A stretch of 64,000 nucleotides of DNA from an uncultured Nitrososphaerota archaeon (lineage in GTDB: Archaea; Thermoproteota; Nitrososphaeria; Nitrososphaerales; Nitrosopumilaceae), in assembly GCA_963824385.1 (NCBI GenBank), contig CAWGPD010000004.1:64001-128000 (forward strand), read 5' to 3'. The translations under genes were made by a program, and so were the position numbers. Below the pieces are notes generated by a model. It was not told the origin of the DNA and ran no database searches. It saw nothing but the letters and a program-made list of their open reading frames with translations. Positions 21,391-31,674 of the stretch are shown in pieces; within the stretch, counting starts at the first letter, position 1, and the number at the start of each line of letters is the position of its first letter.

Positions 21391-22092
21391 ATGAAACACG
21401 AACTGAGAACTAGGAAAACACGTCGTGGAGTCATCGGCATCGAGTCCGCAATAGTTATGATAGCATTCGTAATCGTTGCTGCAGCTTTAGCCTTTGTCGT
21501 CCTCAACATGGGTTTTTCAACAACACAAAAGGCAAAGACAGCAATTTCATCCTCTGTCACAGAATCCAGCAGTGCACTTGAGATCGCAGGCAAAGTAACA
21601 GGCTTTGGCTATATCTCACAAGGTGTACTCAACGCCACAGTTATCCCTCTAAAGGTAGCAGGTGGTGGAGATGCAGTAAGTCTGGATCCTGCTCTGACAG
21701 ATGTCAAGTATTACAGCAACACCGTAAGATATGACAACATCTTTGGTGCAGGTTGCGCGTTAGGAAATCAAACAACTCCTGTACTTAATGCAACACATGC
21801 AGCAAATCTTGCAATAACAAGCGGCTGTATTACCGGTAGTACCCTTCCAAGTGAAGGAAACGGCCAGGTACCCCACATGACAAAAGGAATCATTTACTGG
21901 GATGTGAACATAAACAACAACAACATACTTGACGTAGGTGAACATGCAAACTTGTTAATCATGTACGCCAGTAGTGATAGACCAGCACAGCTAGATAATA
22001 TCAAGGCTGAGATCATCGTACCAACTGGTTCTGCATTGACTGTAGAAAGACAAGTGCCAGCAATTACCACACAAAATGTGGATTTGGGATAG
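21391..22092 (+). CDS. arlB: Archaellin, type A' (mature part identical to 17699..18400)
   Basis: MKHELRTRKTRRG/VIGIE; same mature sequence as type A, offset 3692. Confidence 0.94.
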   Translation: MKHELRTRKTRRGVIGIESAIVMIAFVIVAAALAFVVLNMGFSTTQKAKTAISSSVTESSSALEIAGKVTGFGYISQGVLNATVIPLKVAGGGDAVSLDPALTDVKYYSNTVRYDNIFGAGCALGNQTTPVLNATHAANLAITSGCITGSTLPSEGNGQVPHMTKGIIYWDVNINNNNILDVGEHANLLIMYASSDRPAQLDNIKAEIIVPTGSALTVERQVPAITTQNVDLG

Positions 22093-22104
22093 GGAGGATA
22101 TGAT

Positions 22105-23368
22105 TTGAAAATCATCAATTCCAACCCCCTTTTTTTATTAACAAAACTATCTAGAAACACACGAATATTTATCGCCATTAGCTCAATAGCATGTTACGGA
22201 TTATTTCTATACGAATTACTACCTGAATATCTCTTTAACATTTCATTCTCATTATACTATTTCATATTACCACTTGTAGCTATTATCGGAATACTAGTTG
22301 TTGTACCAAAAGTAATGACAAAAGATACGCCAAAACCAGTTATTCAAAATTATGAACAAATCGATTCACAGTCAGAACAAGCCCCAGAGATGACATCATT
22401 TGCAGCCCCAAAACAAGAAAGTGGTATAATTCAAGCCAATGGTAATGATGGCGGAATAATTTCAGACATTATACTTCCAACACCAGAACAAATGCCAGGA
22501 CAATTACCACAACAAGCCCAAACACCATCACAAATGTCAAATCCAACAGTTGTACATCAGCCAGTGGTAGACGAAAGTATTCTTAAAGACATGGTAACAA
22601 AAGCAGTTGATCCATTTCAAAGAGAACTAACCAGAATGCAAGATATAATAAGTGATGTAAGATCTGAAATTAATTCAACCAAATCAATCATTCAAGATTT
22701 AACTTTGACATTTGAGACATCATTAACTGATCTCAAGGCATTTCAAGCAGAGATTGCAAATCCTCTCAATTTTATGCGCAAGTATTTTGACTCAATTGAT
22801 ATCAAGAATCTTTCAGATCCTACACTTCCACTATACTCTGAACAATCACCTGTTCCACCTAGCCATAATTCAAATGTAGAAATTTCACATTCAAAGAAAG
22901 AATCAGATTCAGATGTAGAACCAAATCAGATACAGTCATCAAATGAAGAGTCCAATAAAATTACAATGCCAAAACAAGGTGAAGAAGAAAGACACGAATC
23001 AGAACTTCATGATACACTTCCTTTCAAACAATTATTCAGTGGTAGTCTCACACTAGGAAAACTCATGAATACTACAACAGTATTGGAGGAAATTCTACAG
23101 ACAGTGGACAGAGATTCAATCGATATGCTCATAGAACAATGCAAACTGATGGGTCTAAAACAAGAGGATGAGCATGTCATTTACAACATAATTAACATGA
23201 TGGACCAATCAGGGCTATCTGTTAAAGAAATACTAGTAATGCTATACAAATTTGGCAAAGTCATGGGAATATCAGACAAGGAAGCTGATCTAGTGTATGC
23301 AAAGACTCATGATGAGTCAAGGAAAAACTCCAAGTCACATTGTAACGGTGGAATCAAAAGGTAATTAG
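22105..23368 (+). CDS. Membrane-anchored archaellum accessory protein (ArlC/D/E- or ArlX-like); possible +1 frameshift at ~23305
   Basis: Two N-terminal TM helices, Pro/Gln linker, coiled coil ending EIANPLN, position between arlB and arlG. Confidence 0.65.
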
Positions 23369-23370
23369 AC

Positions 23371-23841
23371 ATGGGAAGTGCAGTTATCACCGAAGCAATT
23401 CTTCTAATAGCATCAGTAATCATAGCGGGAGCACTTGCGGGAGTAGTTATGACAAAAGTAGGAACATTCCAGTCTACATTTACACAGACAACTGAGAATC
23501 AAAAACAAACAGTATTGACAAATATCAAAATTCTTTATGCGCAAAATCCCACTGGAACAAGTGTAACTGCGTGGGTGAAAAATGTTGGGACTTATTCGAT
23601 TACAGATACGCAAAATATCGATGTGTATTTTGGACAGACTGGATCAATGCAAAAAATACCATATAATGCAGCAGGTGGTCCAACTTGGACATTTGCTAGT
23701 CCAGTAACCAGTTGGAGTAAAGCAAATACTGTTCAAATCAACATTACAGATCTGTCTACCATATCATGTAGTAGTGTATACGAATTACAAGTAACAACAC
23801 CTAACGGAGTTAGTGATGAATACTTCGTTACTTTCTGTTAG
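23371..23841 (+). CDS. arlG: Archaellum stator protein ArlG (FlaG)
   Basis: MGSAVITEAILLIASVIIAG; WVKNVG; IDVYFG. Confidence 0.88.
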   Translation: MGSAVITEAILLIASVIIAGALAGVVMTKVGTFQSTFTQTTENQKQTVLTNIKILYAQNPTGTSVTAWVKNVGTYSITDTQNIDVYFGQTGSMQKIPYNAAGGPTWTFASPVTSWSKANTVQINITDLSTISCSSVYELQVTTPNGVSDEYFVTFC

Positions 23842-23854
23842 TAGGTGATGTAGT

Positions 23855-24379
23855 TTGGGACTAAGTATAGCAATTTCGGGCTGCATTGTCACTTTTTCTA
23901 TTGTATATGCAATGATGTCCTTTCCTGCAATAATTGATGATACTACTAAAATAAGCACGTCTTCAGTACAAATGTCAAATACTCTAAATGCCATCATGCA
24001 TACAAATATTGAAATTTCAAATCTACAAAATGCACATAATAATGATACAGTCACATTCTCAGTGACCAATACAGGAAATACCATCTTGTGGAATTACAAG
24101 CAATTTGATGTCATAATCACATATCAGCCCAACACAGAAGCATCCCCGAAATTAACTGAAGTTCTCCATTATACTAATAGTTGTACTGCATTAGCATCAG
24201 ACTATTGGTGCATTCAAAGTATCACAAATGATCTTATTCATCCAGGATTACTTGATCCAAAAGAGATCGCAAACGTTCAGGCAAATTTACAAAATCAAAC
24301 TAATCAGACTAGTACTTTGACGCTCAATTTTGGAACAGATAACGGAGTAATGGACACAAGTTCGGTGAAGATAACATGA
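23855..24379 (+). CDS. arlF: Archaellum stator protein ArlF (FlaF)
   Basis: MGLSIAISG N-terminus; VTNTGN, LDPKE; between arlG and arlH. Confidence 0.85.
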   Translation: MGLSIAISGCIVTFSIVYAMMSFPAIIDDTTKISTSSVQMSNTLNAIMHTNIEISNLQNAHNNDTVTFSVTNTGNTILWNYKQFDVIITYQPNTEASPKLTEVLHYTNSCTALASDYWCIQSITNDLIHPGLLDPKEIANVQANLQNQTNQTSTLTLNFGTDNGVMDTSSVKIT

Positions 24380-25077
24380 TTAAAACAATACCAACAGGCA
24401 ATGAGGAAATAGACAGACAGCTCGCTGGAGGCATACCTACACCTTGTTTGATGATGATAGAGGGCGAACATGGTACTGGAAAGAGTGCATTAGGAGCTCA
24501 GGTAGTTCAAGGAATGCTGTCCTCGAAAATGAAAGTATTGTGCATTACAGAAAACACTGTCAAAGACTATATTGAAAAAATGAAGACAATTACATTTAAT
24601 TTTACAACGCCATTTTTACAAAATCGATTTTCAATATTGCCATTGCATGTATATGGTGCAGTATGGTCTCAAAAACAATCTTCGTTCTTGCTACCAGTAA
24701 TTGGTCGATATATTAGCAGCAATGCCAAGAATTTTGATTGTGTTATAATAGATTCAATATCTTTGTTGACAATGTATTCAGATACAGATAGTATACTAGA
24801 TTTTCTGACCAGATGCAAATATCTTGTTTCAACAGGCATGACAGTAATACTGACGATGCACAAGACATCAGTTCCAGCGGATGTATCAATGAGAATAAAG
24901 TCTGCATGCGATGTATATTTTTCACTAAGTACTGCAAGCATAGGTGGAAAAGCTGTAAAAGTTATGCAAGTTGTAAAATTGATAGGCTCAAGTGAAGCAT
25001 CAGAATCATCTTTTGCTTTTGAGATTGATACCAATTTTGGGATAAAGATTGTACCAATCTCTACAGCTAATGCATAA
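24376..25077 (+). CDS. arlH: Archaellum KaiC-like ATPase ArlH (FlaH)
   Basis: TGNEEIDRQLAGGIP, GEHGTGKS, VIIDSI, C-terminal GIKIVPISTANA. Confidence 0.95.
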   Translation: MIKTIPTGNEEIDRQLAGGIPTPCLMMIEGEHGTGKSALGAQVVQGMLSSKMKVLCITENTVKDYIEKMKTITFNFTTPFLQNRFSILPLHVYGAVWSQKQSSFLLPVIGRYISSNAKNFDCVIIDSISLLTMYSDTDSILDFLTRCKYLVSTGMTVILTMHKTSVPADVSMRIKSACDVYFSLSTASIGGKAVKVMQVVKLIGSSEASESSFAFEIDTNFGIKIVPISTANA

Positions 25078-25116
25078 TAGGGAGAAAAATGAAAAAAACA
25101 AATCGAGGTAAATGAG

Positions 25117-26787
25117 TTGGGGTTTAATTTTTCACTAGTAACTGACAAAAAATTTTCAGAGGCACTGAAAAAGTCTGAACACTTGAAGAGTTACCTATCA
25201 AATTACATTGACAAGGGAAATCCCATACCAATATTTACTGAAAAGTTAGAAGGAGAACACAAAAAACTAAAAGATCCTAACTTGATTTATCCAATATCAG
25301 AAAACACTTACATTCACATCAATCCGCATTCTGCTTCAGCTGACGGTTATGTTGAATATGCAATAATAGAGCCAGATGAGCCCAATCGCGAACTAATGGA
25401 AAATGCCGACAAGTTATTTGCATTACATGCAGGAAACATGAATCCACCAATTGAGCTCACTGAGAGATTTAACATGATTGATCAATATCTGGACAAGACA
25501 ATTTTAACTTCAAATGCATTAATTGACTATTCCAAGATGGATATCTTCAAATCAAAGAATCTGTCAGTATATGAAAAGGATGTACCAAGTCTAAAATATC
25601 ATTTTCTGCGTAAGAGGGCAGGAATGGGCCTTCTTGATCCATTCCTTACCGACCCCAACCTAGAAGATATTTCAATAGTAGGAGCTGGTAACATGTACGT
25701 CATCCATAAGATGTTTGGCGCACTAAAATGCCCTGTTTTTTTAAGTGCCGAGGAAATCGATGATCTTATAATCAGTATGGCCGAGCAGTTTGGTAAGACT
25801 GTATCTCATGCAAAACCGGTTATAGACGCCACACTTCCAGAAGGCTCTAGAATCAACATTGTATTTGGAAAAGATGTTAGTAGAAAAGGAACAAATGCCA
25901 CAATCAGAAGATTTGCAAGCACTCCGCTCTCAATAACACAGATCATTCCAAGTAAAGCCATGGTATCAATTGAAGCGGCATACTTGTGGATGATGTTGGC
26001 AGAAGGAATGAGTGTATTCATTAATGGAGAGACTGCATCAGGAAAGACCACCACAATGATGGCACTTACGGCTTTTATTCCATCCAACTGGAAAATTGTC
26101 AGCATTGAGGATACACCTGAGCCTACACTGCCACACAACAACTGGATTAGTGAGGTTACAAGAGATACTGGAAACCCAAGTTCAAGTGTAACAATGTTTG
26201 ATCTCTTAAAGGCTGCATTAAGACAAAGACCTAACTATATTTTCGTAGGAGAAATCAGAGGTGCCGAAGCCAACATTGCATTTGGAGCCATGCAGACAGG
26301 TCACCCCGTAATTAGTACATTCCACGCTGGAAACATGACTGCGTTAATTCAAAGAATTACCAACCCCCCAATGAACATACCAAAAACAAACGTAGAGAAT
26401 TTGAATTTAGCAATGTTTCAAGCAGCAGTAACAGGTCCAGATGGTAAGAGAGTTAGAAGAGTATTATCAATTAACGAAGTCATCGGATACAATCCGGAAG
26501 GAAACAATGTAATGTTCATTCCAGTTTTTAATTGGGATCCTGGTACGGATACAGTCAAGTTTAGAGGAAAGGGAAGTAGCGCATTATTTATTTCAAAACT
26601 TTTAGAAAAAAGAGGAATGTCAAGAAAAGATGAAGGTTTGCTTTATGAAGAACTTGCACTGAGAACCAAAATTTTGGACAAGATGGTTGAAAAAAAGATT
26701 TTCAATTTTTATGATGTATATGATTCCATATCTAGGTGCAGAGAAATCGGTCTTGAGCAATTCTTAAAGGAGCTTAATGCACTTTGA
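25117..26787 (+). CDS. arlI: Archaellum motor ATPase ArlI (FlaI)
   Basis: GETASGKTT, SIEDTPE, LRQRPNYIFVGEIRG, QTGHPVISTFHA. Confidence 0.97.
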   Translation: MGFNFSLVTDKKFSEALKKSEHLKSYLSNYIDKGNPIPIFTEKLEGEHKKLKDPNLIYPISENTYIHINPHSASADGYVEYAIIEPDEPNRELMENADKLFALHAGNMNPPIELTERFNMIDQYLDKTILTSNALIDYSKMDIFKSKNLSVYEKDVPSLKYHFLRKRAGMGLLDPFLTDPNLEDISIVGAGNMYVIHKMFGALKCPVFLSAEEIDDLIISMAEQFGKTVSHAKPVIDATLPEGSRINIVFGKDVSRKGTNATIRRFASTPLSITQIIPSKAMVSIEAAYLWMMLAEGMSVFINGETASGKTTTMMALTAFIPSNWKIVSIEDTPEPTLPHNNWISEVTRDTGNPSSSVTMFDLLKAALRQRPNYIFVGEIRGAEANIAFGAMQTGHPVISTFHAGNMTALIQRITNPPMNIPKTNVENLNLAMFQAAVTGPDGKRVRRVLSINEVIGYNPEGNNVMFIPVFNWDPGTDTVKFRGKGSSALFISKLLEKRGMSRKDEGLLYEELALRTKILDKMVEKKIFNFYDVYDSISRCREIGLEQFLKELNAL

Positions 26788-28275
26788 TGGAAAAATTAGC
26801 CATTAAGGAAAAACTTGCAAGTATGCGCAAATCAGATGAGGATTTGCTATATTTTGTAGCGTTTCTATACGCATTGGCAACAGGAGAGGTCGGCTCAGTG
26901 GATTTGATTAAAAGTGGAGTAACTTCAGGATATGGTAGGTATTCAGATTCATTTAGAGAGGTGTACCGACTTGGAGTAGGATGGGGATATGGTTTGGCAA
27001 GATCATGTGAAATGATTGCCTCAAAGATGAAAGACAACTCTGATCCTCTAAAACAGACTACTAGTAAAATTGTCTCAGGTGATAAGATTGGGAGATGAGC
27101 TACGTGTATTTTTCACAGACGAGATGGCATCTGCAATTCATGTGTATTCAATACGCTATGAACGCAGTTTAGAGACTCAGAAACTTTTCCTTGAAATGTT
27201 TTATACAATTTCATCAACTGCGTCTTTTATGATTGCCTCAAACTCCATCATGGCAATGCTCATGGGAAGTTCCAATTCAGAATCAGTTTTCACCATGTCC
27301 TTTGTGGGAGTAATAGTAAGTATGGGAGCCTTCATAGTCATCATGTACGTATTATTTCCAAAAGATAAATTATCAACTGGAAAATATACGGGTTCACAAA
27401 AGTTCAAGATGACTTTTTTTGTAACTCTTGGTGCAGGTATTGCTATTGGGATAGCTCTTACTCTTACCAATCTAGTACCTCTTCCTCTCGTAGTAGTAAT
27501 TGCAGTTATTCCATTGTTTGTACCAGGATTCATTGCTCGAAAATTAGAAGCAGAATTGAGAAGTTATGATGAATGGTATCCTCCGTTTATCAGACATTTT
27601 GGTGAGATATACACAATGGTAGGTTCCATGGGACAGGCACTTGATGCAGTGCTTAGAAGTAATTTTGGTCCACTCCAAAAACATATTGTAGCATTTAAGA
27701 ACCGCATAAAAAATAGAATAAATTCAGAAACATCTTTTGAGATATTTTCAATGGAATCAGGAACTGCCATAATTGAATCAGGAAACACCATCATGTCACG
27801 AGCTCTTCTCAAAGGAGCAAACATGAATGAGGTAGGCAACAAAGTATCAGAAATTTCTTCCAAACTAAATGAATTGAGGTCAAAGAGAGTACAGACATCA
27901 AAAACTTTTGAGACCATAGTCATTGTACTCCATGGTCTTACCATGGCAATTTTTGGCTTGATGGCTACACTTATTGAAGTATTTCACAAATTGTTAGCAA
28001 CAGTACCCGTTTCAACTAATGCAGGATTCACACTAAGTCCAATTGATCCTAACTTTGTACACATGATGATGCCTCTAGTTGTGATTGCCACATCCACCAT
28101 AAACGCATTGGCAGTAAAGGTTGGTCAGGGAGGCCTCTTCAAGACAGTGTTATTTAATATTGCAATGTTGACTGTCATTGGAGGAATTACAATGTATGGA
28201 ACTACTGCAGCATTAAGCCAATTTCTTACAAGCCACATATTGGATAGTTATGCTCCAACTGCTCCAGGTCATTAG
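26787..28275 (+). CDS. arlJ: Archaellum membrane platform ArlJ (FlaJ), one +1 frameshift at ~27057
   Basis: Two ORFs join as DPLKQ-LLVKLSQVIRLG; multi-TM protein directly after arlI (TGATG overlap). Confidence 0.9.
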
Positions 28276-28351
28276 ATCAATCAAGTAAATAATAGTTTAA
28301 TTTGAATAAAGTAAAAAACAAATGATTAAAATAATTTATAAAATTATAGTG

Positions 28352-28768
28352 TCAGTTAGTTGAAATATTTTGTATTTTCCTAGCCAACAGTTCATTAACT
28401 GTATGTACTACTTTTTGCATGTCAAACGGCTTGTATATTATTGCATCTGCACCCAAGTCTTCTAATTTTTTTATGGTCTCAGAACGGACATCTCCTGTAA
28501 TCATGACCATGATAGCACGTGGATTTACTTTTTTGATTTGCTCTAGGGCATAAAATCCATCATAATTTGGCATCATGACATCTGAGAAAATAACATCTGG
28601 AACCAACTCTTGGTAAACTTTTTCAGCTTGTTTTCCATCAAAAGCCGTTCCTACCACAGTAACATTACAAATCTCTAAAAATTCAACAAATAGATTTACA
28701 GTATCTTCGTCATCATCAACTACAATTGCGCTACACCTATTTTTTTCGACTCTACCTACATCCATCAT
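28352..28768 (-). CDS. Stand-alone receiver domain protein
   Basis: IVVDDDED, FSDVMMPNYDG, MITG, YKPF. Confidence 0.93.
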   Translation of the reverse strand: MMDVGRVEKNRCSAIVVDDDEDTVNLFVEFLEICNVTVVGTAFDGKQAEKVYQELVPDVIFSDVMMPNYDGFYALEQIKKVNPRAIMVMITGDVRSETIKKLEDLGADAIIYKPFDMQKVVHTVNELLARKIQNISTN

Positions 28769-28956
28769 ACAAATAGCGTAAATCGGAATGCTCTAATATT
28801 ATCCAGTGTGTCAAGATTAGACAAACAGTATATGTTCAGAATCATTTTTAAAAATCATCACAATCCCTTCAAAAGCACCCATTAATTCTCGAGTTCCTAG
28901 TACGGGAATATTAGAACTATTGAACTACTATCTGGCATGTCATACAGAAAAATTAC

Positions 28957-29628
28957 ATGCAAGGGGATTTTAACAAATTATCTACAAGTAATGGCATGTT
29001 AGGATTTGATTCCCTCATAGGGAGATCCATAGTGGTCATAATAAAGAAAAATTTGGCTCAAAATACGCTCGAAAAAATTGAAAATAGAGTATTTGAGAAA
29101 TTTGGTACAAATTTAACTCAAGTATCCAACGATTTCCCGAAACTGGATTTGATCCTAAGAGAGTTCTTTGGAGATGGAGCAAATATGATGGAAAGACAGT
29201 TACTGCAACATATAATATCAGTACAACAAAACAAGATTGAAAAAAAAGAAGGGATAACCATTGAAGATCAGTACATCAACAGAATAATACTAGAAGCAAT
29301 AGGAGATGATGACAAAAAAAATATTTTGAATGCGGTTCTTGACAAACCAAGAGTAATTTCAGAGATCCTAGAGATTTGCAAAATACCACAGACGTCAGGT
29401 TACAGAAAAGTCAACAACTTGATCCAAAATGGATTACTAATAATTAATGGACATGAATCAACAACAGATGGACGAACCATAAACAAGTATCAACCAGTAT
29501 TTGAGAATATTCAAATCCATGTGGAAAGAAATAAAGTTACAGTACAAGTGCAACTAAGAAAAGAATATCTTGAGAACAGCAGTATCTTTACTATGCACTT
29601 CCAAAACCTCATGACACATATTCCTTAA
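28957..29628 (+). CDS. Winged HTH transcriptional regulator with N-terminal helical domain
   Basis: KPRVISEILEICKIPQTSGYRKVNNLIQNGLL fits a wHTH. Confidence 0.75.
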   Translation: MQGDFNKLSTSNGMLGFDSLIGRSIVVIIKKNLAQNTLEKIENRVFEKFGTNLTQVSNDFPKLDLILREFFGDGANMMERQLLQHIISVQQNKIEKKEGITIEDQYINRIILEAIGDDDKKNILNAVLDKPRVISEILEICKIPQTSGYRKVNNLIQNGLLIINGHESTTDGRTINKYQPVFENIQIHVERNKVTVQVQLRKEYLENSSIFTMHFQNLMTHIP

Positions 29629-29727
29629 TTAACAAGTTTTCCACACAGCAGTGCAAATAAGGAGTTTACATATGTAACACCCTATTACACACAGACATCT
29701 AAAGAGTGCCAACTGTATTACAGTAAC

Positions 29728-30594
29728 ATGACATTAGATACAACCAACATTTCAATTTCTGAAGCAATGTTAAACATACAGCCAAGTGATCAGGAGGTAT
29801 TATATGATAAAATTAAAAATGAATTATCAAAATTCGGATTAACTTCCAACCAATCCAAAGTTTTTCTATTTTTAGAAAAAAACGGATCAAGTACAGCTAC
29901 ACAAGTAAGCAATGCCCTCAAAGTACCAAGAACTGAAACCTATCACCTTTTAACAAATTTACAAAACAGAGGCTTGGTGTCTGCGTCATTTCAACATCCA
30001 ATCAAGTTTATGGCATCACCTCTTGATTCAGCCATAAACATACTAATCAATACAGAGAAGGAACGAGTTAAGAACTTGGAAAACAAGGAAAGAGACATAG
30101 TAGCACTCTGGAAAACTTTACCTCATTTTGGAATAAATAAAGAAGAAATAAGCGATGGAAAATTCCAAATTCTCCAAGGTCTAAACCAGATGTCTGGCAA
30201 AATAAGCGAGGTGGTTACAAATGCAAAGAAATCCATTCTAATGCTTGCCACAGAAAAAGATTTGATGAAATTTTATCATGCAGGACTTTTAGAATTATTA
30301 AAAGATTCCAAAGTAGACGTGCAGCTTGTTTCGTCATCATCAAGTAAAACAGAGTATATTTTTTCAGATGCCTTTAAAAATAAAGTAAAAAGAATGCCAC
30401 AGAAAATCAAGGAGGATTTATGTTTTATTATAAAAGATGATGATGAAATAATATTATTCATAAAGAAGACTAACGAAACTTCGCAGAATATGTTAGCCAT
30501 GTGGACAAATTCTAATTCCATGACATACACATTGAAATTATTATTTAGCTATATTTGGTCAAATTCCCGATATTTTAAATCTAAAAACGTCTAG
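29728..30594 (+). CDS. TrmB-family transcriptional regulator
   Basis: FGLTSNQSKVFLFL..LKVPRTETYHLLTNLQNRGLV..PIKF; C-terminal effector-type domain ending LFSYIW. Confidence 0.9.
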   Translation: MTLDTTNISISEAMLNIQPSDQEVLYDKIKNELSKFGLTSNQSKVFLFLEKNGSSTATQVSNALKVPRTETYHLLTNLQNRGLVSASFQHPIKFMASPLDSAINILINTEKERVKNLENKERDIVALWKTLPHFGINKEEISDGKFQILQGLNQMSGKISEVVTNAKKSILMLATEKDLMKFYHAGLLELLKDSKVDVQLVSSSSSKTEYIFSDAFKNKVKRMPQKIKEDLCFIIKDDDEIILFIKKTNETSQNMLAMWTNSNSMTYTLKLLFSYIWSNSRYFKSKNV

Positions 30595-30637
30595 TAGAAA
30601 TTAAATTTTTACGACAATAAAGAATTAACAGACTTGA

Positions 30638-31333
30638 TCATAAAGAGTGGATAAGCCTTAAGATCAAATCCCCATACATAATCTGAATTATAAAACCGCC
30701 TGTTATGTACAACACATAAGGTAAACCTGGTGTGACCCATACATCAGTTTCATAACAAAATGATGTTTTTTCTGCATGTTTTGGTGAAAAATCAAGGTGT
30801 CTCTTACCATCAATCATCTGTTCAATACAGAAACTATGTTTTGGATTTTTTGTTTTATATCCTACAAACATCGCTAATATTTTTTTCAGATGCGACTCGT
30901 CAATACCACTGAATATATCATTACCCCGAGTTATAGATACGACATTTCTACCCAAGTTGACAAAAAGTGGAATTACAGTTAGAATTGATGCGTTCTCTAG
31001 TGTTGTAAAAGGTGAGATTAGAGATGGAGTCATGCCAGACATCGGAGCAATACCTGCAAGAACTATCAAGCAAAATGCATCTGCACCTCCAAAGATTCCA
31101 AATCTCCACAATACCAGAGCAATTGGAGCTACAATCAAGGATAGGCCCATAGTTTTTAGATCAGGCCAAAAGTTCGGACTTGCAAATAGCAACAGTACTG
31201 CCACCGCTGAGAAACCAATCCAGAATTTGTCGTTAATTTCCCTCTTTTTGAGATCTATTACAGATGCCAATCCAAGCATGGTAATAGCTATGACAATCCT
31301 AACCATATGAAGATCAAAAAAACCATCTAACAT
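30638..31333 (-). CDS. arlK: Class III signal (prepilin/prearchaellin) peptidase, ArlK/PibD family
   Basis: ASVIDLKKREIND and FGGADA catalytic Asp motifs; VWVTPGLPYV C-terminal motif; multi-TM. Confidence 0.92.
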   Translation of the reverse strand: MLDGFFDLHMVRIVIAITMLGLASVIDLKKREINDKFWIGFSAVAVLLLFASPNFWPDLKTMGLSLIVAPIALVLWRFGIFGGADAFCLIVLAGIAPMSGMTPSLISPFTTLENASILTVIPLFVNLGRNVVSITRGNDIFSGIDESHLKKILAMFVGYKTKNPKHSFCIEQMIDGKRHLDFSPKHAEKTSFCYETDVWVTPGLPYVLYITGGFIIQIMYGDLILRLIHSL

Positions 31334-31425
31334 GTGACTTTCTCGCCTTGTGAAGTATAGATTTTTAGGCTAATTTCCAAAATTGGAAGACCGATCTTAT
31401 ATCTAAGAGATTGAGAGAAAAGAAC

Positions 31426-31674
31426 ATGAAATTTTTGCCATCTTTTCACAATCCCAAGACCCGAGGATATAGCACGTATTATGCCATAGTTCTTGTAATT
31501 GTAACAGGCGTGATAATTTTGAACACATTCCAAGTTATACATCAAAACATCATCCAAATCTCGATGACCTTTTTTGAGGGATATTTCTCATTATTCATGT
31601 TAATTCGAAATGAGAAAGTAGGTAGTGGATTTTTAAGACATGTTACATATGTCAAGTCATTCACAATATCCTAA
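31426..31674 (+). CDS. Small pilin-like membrane protein (tentative)
   Basis: KTRG/YSTYYAIVLVIVTGVIIL resembles a class III signal; TATA-like ttatat ~25-30 nt upstream. Confidence 0.4.
   Translation: MKFLPSFHNPKTRGYSTYYAIVLVIVTGVIILNTFQVIHQNIIQISMTFFEGYFSLFMLIRNEKVGSGFLRHVTYVKSFTIS

Noticed and set aside
26787..28275. arlJ, pilus ATPase, pilin, vWA and bioD as true pseudogenes or programmed frameshifts
   Set aside because: Each has a single +1 base with otherwise intact motifs and no shared slippery sequence; a consensus artefact is more parsimonious (reads needed to confirm).
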